Assembly (NCBI GenBank): GCA_027451365.1
Contig: DAIDJN010000029.1
Span: 26,210 to 90,209 of the forward strand
DNA from: Phycisphaerales bacterium
GTDB lineage: Bacteria; Planctomycetota; Phycisphaerae; WQYP01
Reading direction: 5' to 3'
DNA: 64,000 bases
The stretch's first letter is position 1. Every line of letters begins with the position of its first letter. Below are positions 58,711-64,000 of this stretch, piece after piece. The notes under the pieces were generated by a model. It saw only the letters and a program-made list of their open reading frames with translations, had not been told where the DNA came from and ran no database searches. A program made the position numbers and the translations under genes.

Positions 58711-61700
58711 TCAGGCGTCCTGGCGGGCGGTACCGGCATGCGTCTGCATCGGTATATCGGCACCTCGCCGGGCATAGTTCATTCCGCCAAAGGCGGTTCG
58801 GATTTTATCCATATAAATGTAAAATACGGGTGTGACAAACAGTGTCAGAAATTGAGAAAACACCAGTCCGCCAATCACCGCCAGCCCCAATGGTCGGCGG
58901 GTGTCGGCGTCCGCTCCGGTTCCCAGCGCAATCGGCAGCGTGCCGAGCAGAGCGGCCATGGTTGTCATCATGATGGGGCGAAACCGGATGGAACAGGCCT
59001 GATAAATCGCCTCGGCGGGAGAAAGGCCCTGCCGCCGCTGGGCATCAATGGCGAAATCGACCATCATAATGCCGTTCTTTTTTACCAGCCCTATCAGCAT
59101 AATCACGCCGACAAACGCATATAAATCAAGGATTTTTCCGAAGATTATCAGCGTCAGCAGTGCCCCAAGGCCCGCGAATGGAAGCGCGGTCAGAATGGTG
59201 ATCGGATGAATGAAGCTTTCATACAAAATACCCAGAACCAGATAAATCACCACCACGGCGACCAGCAGCAGCAAACCCATGTTAATGACGGCCTGTTGAA
59301 AAATCTGTGCCTCACCCTGGAAACTTGTGATAATCTGGGGCGGCAACGTCGCTTTGGCTGTGGCCTTAATTTCACTGACCGCTCTGCTTAGTGAGTAATC
59401 GGTCGCCACGTTAAAGGAAATTGTTACGGAAGGCAGAATTCCGGTCTGGTTGATGATCATTGGTCCCAGGCTTTTCGTGACCCTGGTAATTGCGTTCAGT
59501 GGCACGAGTTTGCCGGTGTTTGAAGTCACATACAACAGCCCGAGATCCGCCGGATTTCGCTGATATTTCGGCTCGGCCTCCAGTATAACTTCGTATTGCG
59601 CCTGCGGATCGTAAATTGTGCTGATTTGTTCAGCGCCGTAACTTAGGCCCAGCGCATCTTCTATTGCCTGATTGGAAACTCCCAGAATCTGGGCGCGGTT
59701 TTCATCTGGAACAATATTGACCTGTGGCGTCTTGATCAGCAGGTCGTTGTTAACTTCACGCAGACCGGGCAGCGTGGCCAGTTTTTCCGTAAATATGGGG
59801 GCGTATTTGAATAAGGCGGCCGTGTCCGGTGAAAGCAGTGTGAACTGATATTGCGCCTTGGTATTTTGACTGTCGATTGTAATCGGCGGGAGATTTTGCA
59901 TATAAGCCCGCAAGCCGACGACGCGGCTAAATTTCGGTCGCAGGCTGCTGATAAACTGATCTGTGGTAAGCGGGCGATCGCCGGAGGGCTTCAGGTGAAA
60001 AAACATCATGCCGCCGTTGCTGCCGCCAAAACGGCCGCCGCCGGCCAATGACATGAAGTTATCCACATTGGGATCATTTCCCACCAGAGAGGCCATGGCT
60101 TTCTGGTGGCGCACCAGGGAATCAAAAGAAATGCTCTGGGCGCCCTGTGTGGCCACCATCACATGTCCACTGTCACCGGCGGGAATAAAACCCTCCGGAA
60201 TAACCACCAGCAGATGCAGCGTCAGCCAGAGGGTAAGTGCCGAGCCAATCAGGACGATCGGGCCGGCCCGCAGCACACCGCGCAGCATCCAGAGATAGAG
60301 CAGGCGTGAGGAATCAAAAAATGTTTCCATGACGCGATAGAAAATATTGTGGCGGCGGCCACGCGGGTCCTTAAGCATCCGGCTGCAGAGCATTGGCGTA
60401 AGAGTAAGGGATATGCCTCCGGACATCAGAATGGCGGTGGCCAGAGTCAGGGCGAATTCGTTGAGCAGCCGGCCGATAATCCCACCTAAAAAGATGATCG
60501 GTATAAAAACCGCCACCAGCGAAAGAGTCATGGAAATAATGGTAAAGCCTATTTCGCGTGAGGCGTTTAGCGTAGCGGTCATGGGGTCTTCGCCCATTTC
60601 TATGTGCCTATATGAATTTTCCAGCATGACCACTGCGTCATCCACAATAAATCCCACCGCCAGCGTAAGGGCCAGCAGCGAAAAATAGTCAATTGTGAAA
60701 TGAAGCTCATACATCACCCCAAATGTGCCTATGATCGCCAGCGGCATGGCCAGAAACGGTATAAGCGTGGCCCGCAGCGTTCTTAAAAAGCAGAAGATGA
60801 CCAGTGTCACCAGCACCAGGGCCAGCCCCAGCGTCAGTTTCACATCATAAACTCCCTGGCGGATATCCAGCGATTTATCATACATGGTTGTGAGTACAAC
60901 CGTGGGCGGAATGCTGGACTGCAATTGCGGAATAATCTTTTTAATGTCATTGACCACTTGAATGGTATTGGCGCCGGGTTGCTTGGAAATGGCCAGAATA
61001 ATCGCGCGGCTGAATTTGCCGTTGGTGTAATACCAGGCCCGTGTTTTATCGTTGGCAACGCTGTTTATGACATGTGCCACCTGGTCCAGCCGAACCACGG
61101 CACCGGTGGCGTGATTGGTTTGAACGATCAGCGGCCGATATGCCGCCGCGTCGGTCAACTGACTGTTTGAATAAACCTGATATGTTTTGTGGGTGCCCCA
61201 AAGCGTGCCCGTTGGCTGGTTGACATTGGCCGCCTGAATGGTACTCACGAGCTGGTTGATCCCAATCCCGCGTTCCGCCAGGGCCTGCGGATTGACCTGA
61301 ATTCTGACGGCGTAAGTCTGAGCACCGAATACATTCACCTGCGCCACGCCGTTGACTTCAGAAATGGAATCTCCGAGCAGGTTTTCCGCATAATCGTCCA
61401 GTTTGTACATGGGCATGGTTTTGGATGTAAGCGCCAACAGCAAAATGGCCTGAGCCGCGGGATTGACCTTCTGAAATGTGGGCGGATTGGGCATATTATG
61501 CGGTAACTGGCCACCCGCCCGCGAAATGGCCGCCTGCACATCCAGCGCGCAGTTGTTAATATTCCGGCTCAGCGAAAAATTCAGAGTAATAGAGGTGCTG
61601 CCCTGCGAACTTTGGCTCGTCATGGATTCCAGGCCGGCAATTTGCGTAAATTGCTTTTCCAGCGGTGTTGCCACGGAGGATTCCATGGTTTCCGGATTTG

Positions 61701-61860
61701 CGCCTGGCAATGAAGCGCTTACCTGAATTGTCGGCCGCGCCACATCCGGCAAGTCGCTGACCGGTAGCTGAACGTAGGCCATGAGTCCAAAAATCACCAG
61801 AGTGACCATCAGCAATGTGGTGGCTACCGGGCGGCGTATGAATAGCTCAGATATATTCAT
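58711..61860 (-). CDS. RND efflux permease (MdtB/MdtC-like)
   Basis: FIRRPVATTLL, VGFIVDDAVVMLEN, GLVKKNGIMMVDFA and RFRPIMMTT motifs; 1049 aa. Confidence 0.95.
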   Translation of the reverse strand: MNISELFIRRPVATTLLMVTLVIFGLMAYVQLPVSDLPDVARPTIQVSASLPGANPETMESSVATPLEKQFTQIAGLESMTSQSSQGSTSITLNFSLSRNINNCALDVQAAISRAGGQLPHNMPNPPTFQKVNPAAQAILLLALTSKTMPMYKLDDYAENLLGDSISEVNGVAQVNVFGAQTYAVRIQVNPQALAERGIGINQLVSTIQAANVNQPTGTLWGTHKTYQVYSNSQLTDAAAYRPLIVQTNHATGAVVRLDQVAHVINSVANDKTRAWYYTNGKFSRAIILAISKQPGANTIQVVNDIKKIIPQLQSSIPPTVVLTTMYDKSLDIRQGVYDVKLTLGLALVLVTLVIFCFLRTLRATLIPFLAMPLAIIGTFGVMYELHFTIDYFSLLALTLAVGFIVDDAVVMLENSYRHIEMGEDPMTATLNASREIGFTIISMTLSLVAVFIPIIFLGGIIGRLLNEFALTLATAILMSGGISLTLTPMLCSRMLKDPRGRRHNIFYRVMETFFDSSRLLYLWMLRGVLRAGPIVLIGSALTLWLTLHLLVVIPEGFIPAGDSGHVMVATQGAQSISFDSLVRHQKAMASLVGNDPNVDNFMSLAGGGRFGGSNGGMMFFHLKPSGDRPLTTDQFISSLRPKFSRVVGLRAYMQNLPPITIDSQNTKAQYQFTLLSPDTAALFKYAPIFTEKLATLPGLREVNNDLLIKTPQVNIVPDENRAQILGVSNQAIEDALGLSYGAEQISTIYDPQAQYEVILEAEPKYQRNPADLGLLYVTSNTGKLVPLNAITRVTKSLGPMIINQTGILPSVTISFNVATDYSLSRAVSEIKATAKATLPPQIITSFQGEAQIFQQAVINMGLLLLVAVVVIYLVLGILYESFIHPITILTALPFAGLGALLTLIIFGKILDLYAFVGVIMLIGLVKKNGIMMVDFAIDAQRRQGLSPAEAIYQACSIRFRPIMMTTMAALLGTLPIALGTGADADTRRPLGLAVIGGLVFSQFLTLFVTPVFYIYMDKIRTAFGGMNYARRGADIPMQTHAGTARQDA

Positions 61861-63122
61861 GGCTGGCCTCTGGCCTTCGTGGTTGGCGACGGGGTGGTGG
61901 ATTCAGGCGGCCCGCCGGCACCCGGCGATTGAACCTGGCCCGCCGCGGGGGCTATCAGACCTTTTTTTACAATTTCCACCGGTTTGCCGGGAACAACGCT
62001 GATCTGGCCATCGGTGATGACCATCTGGCCAACCGATAGCCCACGGGAAATGACCGCCATATTGTTGTAAGAGAATGCCTCGATAACAGCCTGCATTTGG
62101 GCGATATTATTCTTGCCGACAATAAAAACATAGGATCCATTTTGCCCTACCTCCACCGCGCTGGAAGGCACCACAATTGCCTTTTTTCTCAGGCCGACCT
62201 GCAGCGTCGCATTGACATATTCGCCCGGCCAAAGCATCTTGCTGTTGTTGGCAAATGTTCCCATGAATTGAACGGAGCCGGTGGCGGCATCCACCGCATT
62301 GTCCACAAAACTTAAATAGCCGGTCAGGGGTGGCCCAATTTGACCATGGGCTTGCACAACGATCGGAAGCCGGGGATTGCGTTTACGCGCCTGAAGAATT
62401 TCGGTCAGATTATCTTGCGGAAGAGAAAAGGCGACATAAATCGGCTGCATCTGGTTAATGACCAGCAGATTTGTGGTGGTCGCCTGGACGGTTTGTCCGG
62501 TGAATGCAAGCAGGTTTCCGGCCCGGCCATCCATTGGGGAGCGGATGGTGCAATAGGCCAAGTTGATTTTTGCCGTTTGAATCTGCGCCTCGTCCGCTTG
62601 AACCTGCGCGGCGGCGGCTTGTGCCGTATATTTTGCCTGCAGATATTCTGTGGGGGAAGCTGCCTTTAATTTAAGCATCTGCCTTTCCTGATTGGCTATA
62701 ACGCTGTTATTGCTGGCGATGGCCTGGTCCTTTAACAAGGTCGCCCGCGCCTGTAATAGAGCTGCCTGAAAAGGTGCGGCATCCAGCTTAAAAAGTATTT
62801 CCCTCTTTTTCACGTTTTGTCCTGGTTTCACCAGAACCGCGGCCAGCCGACCACTCACCTGGGATTGCAATGTGACACTGGCCACCGGCTGTACCACGCC
62901 AATATTGGTTAATTCCACCGGAATCGGGCGTGTGGAAACCAGGGTAACCCGTACGGGTACCGGTGGAGCTGCGGTATGGGGTGTCGATTTTTTCTGACAG
63001 CCGGTTGGCAGAATGGGCAGAAAAATAGTCAGAAGGCCAGCTAAAAACAACCGGCAGGCAGCTTTGCCGCGGCGGGAGGATTGGAAGAATGCACAACGAT
63101 ATGGCAAAAGAATATTCTCCAT
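61857..63122 (-). CDS. RND periplasmic adaptor (MdtA-like)
   Basis: Lipobox-like PTGC, biotinyl-like domain, YCTIRSPMDG, DNAVDAATG and LWPGEY. ATGA overlap with the permease. Confidence 0.92.
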   Translation of the reverse strand: MENILLPYRCAFFQSSRRGKAACRLFLAGLLTIFLPILPTGCQKKSTPHTAAPPVPVRVTLVSTRPIPVELTNIGVVQPVASVTLQSQVSGRLAAVLVKPGQNVKKREILFKLDAAPFQAALLQARATLLKDQAIASNNSVIANQERQMLKLKAASPTEYLQAKYTAQAAAAQVQADEAQIQTAKINLAYCTIRSPMDGRAGNLLAFTGQTVQATTTNLLVINQMQPIYVAFSLPQDNLTEILQARKRNPRLPIVVQAHGQIGPPLTGYLSFVDNAVDAATGSVQFMGTFANNSKMLWPGEYVNATLQVGLRKKAIVVPSSAVEVGQNGSYVFIVGKNNIAQMQAVIEAFSYNNMAVISRGLSVGQMVITDGQISVVPGKPVEIVKKGLIAPAAGQVQSPGAGGPPESTTPSPTTKARGQP

Positions 63123-63126
63123 TCAG

Positions 63127-63368
63127 CCACGGTGGGGGGCGGGCGTCCCGCCCGCCGTGGGCGACAATGTCGGGCAAGATGCCCGAGACCCCCAGCTTGG
63201 GGAAAACAGGGGCAGCAAATCGGGGCTGCTCCATTTTCGCCAAACCACGCTGTCGGTGTAATACCGCCGTCCAATGCGGTGTATAACGCCTGTCATTCTA
63301 CGCGGTTGCGGGCTGAATCGTCCAACAAAAGAAAGATGACGGAATGGGGGACGGGCGTCTCGCCCGCC
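63127..63368. repeat. Two REP-like GC-rich palindromes
   Basis: GG(G/A)CGGGCGTC(C/T)CGCCCGCC at about 63137-63156 and 63349-63368, plus the hairpin TCGGGCAAGATGCCCGA at 63170-63186. Confidence 0.6.
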
Positions 63369-63411
63369 TTGGGGCGCCGAAGTCGGGTAACGCCCAAATC
63401 TCGGCCCAGTG

Positions 63412-63453
63412 AAAAAAAAGCCGCCCGTCCCGACGAATCGGAACGGGCGGCTA
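63412..63453 (-). terminator. Intrinsic terminator after the PEP-CTERM-like gene
   Basis: The minus strand reads AGCCGCCCGT..ACGGGCGGCT followed by a T run. Confidence 0.85.
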
Positions 63454-63528
63454 AAGTTTATATTCAGCGAATATTTCGCAGGCCAACAACCAGGCGCGGT
63501 CCGCGAAGCGGTCGCCCTGCGTGTGGAA

Positions 63529-64000
63529 TCAGACGAACTTCTTACGAAGCTTCACGCCACCAACCAAGGCCATCGCGGCCAAGGTGCCAAGGCCCGGCCA
63601 GAACGTCGCCGGAAGTGGCAACGGGCCAGCGGGAAGGGGTGAACCGGGAACATCGGCCGCAGCCGAAAATTCATCTGGATTCCCTGATGGATAGTATTTG
63701 GAGACCGATGAAATCCATTTTGATACGACGGTGTTTGAATCGGTGACCAGTGTGAGCGCCCCAAGCACCAGATCGTTAGTGGCACTCGTGTTAGAAATTG
63801 TGGGTCCGCTGTAGGTGAGAACAACATCCGCAACCGTCGGATCATTATAACCGTAGGCCAATGAGTTGGTATCCTGCAAGCCGCCTGACAGGTACGCATA
63901 GGTCTGACTTACGGTAAACCCACTGGCCAGCGAGCCGGTCAAGGTGGGGGTTCCAATGAAACCACCAAAGTCGACGATCGCGAACGAATCACCGGTAGCC
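63529..64000 (-). CDS. PEP-CTERM-like protein (PLPA variant), 5' partial
   Basis: The frame is open to the window end. C-terminal PLPLPATFW + TM helix + KLRKK, with a Ser/Thr-rich body. Confidence 0.8.
   Translation of the reverse strand, partial: ATGDSFAIVDFGGFIGTPTLTGSLASGFTVSQTYAYLSGGLQDTNSLAYGYNDPTVADVVLTYSGPTISNTSATNDLVLGALTLVTDSNTVVSKWISSVSKYYPSGNPDEFSAAADVPGSPLPAGPLPLPATFWPGLGTLAAMALVGGVKLRKKFV

Noticed and set aside
1..64000. CRISPR arrays, tRNA/rRNA genes, transposases, prophage or defence systems
   Set aside because: I saw no regularly spaced repeats or diagnostic motifs by eye.

Overview
A 64 kb stretch of GC-rich bacterial chromosome. Its gene content points to Planctomycetota, probably Phycisphaerae (inferred from a DUF1559-type prepilin, four PEP-CTERM-type proteins, Tat-exported CAZymes and a short RpoD-like sigma factor). 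From left to right it holds the 3' end of a type VI secretion cluster (tssL-tssM-tagF), pyrR-pyrB, a Tat S9 peptidase, a YdbH-like protein, and a CAZyme locus (GH2, prepilin/DUF1559-like, LamG-PEP-CTERM, GH127/146, GH43). Next come a four-gene ACP-less FAS II/PKS-like cassette, two PEP-CTERM genes and an unannotated 31-aa lysine-rich microprotein. A housekeeping block follows (DUF58, recG, mscS, thrC, nadB, phhB, ugtP-like, sigma factor, ctaA, deacetylase, nadA, DUF1207, chdC-like). The right end holds a putative L-galactose to fructuronate operon, GH35, a GT3 glycogen synthase, deoC, an RND pump and a partial PEP-CTERM gene. The strongest unexplained signals are four. (1) The histone-like microprotein has its own sigma28-like promoter, a perfect SD and a terminator. 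(2) A TGCGC-N16-TGCGC promoter motif is shared by the DUF1559 and arabinofuranosidase promoters. (3) A ~220-280 nt structured intergenic element sits upstream of nadA. (4) GH2 and GH35 share an inserted jelly-roll module. I saw no tRNA, rRNA, CRISPR array or transposase. All calls come from reading motifs by eye; no database was searched.
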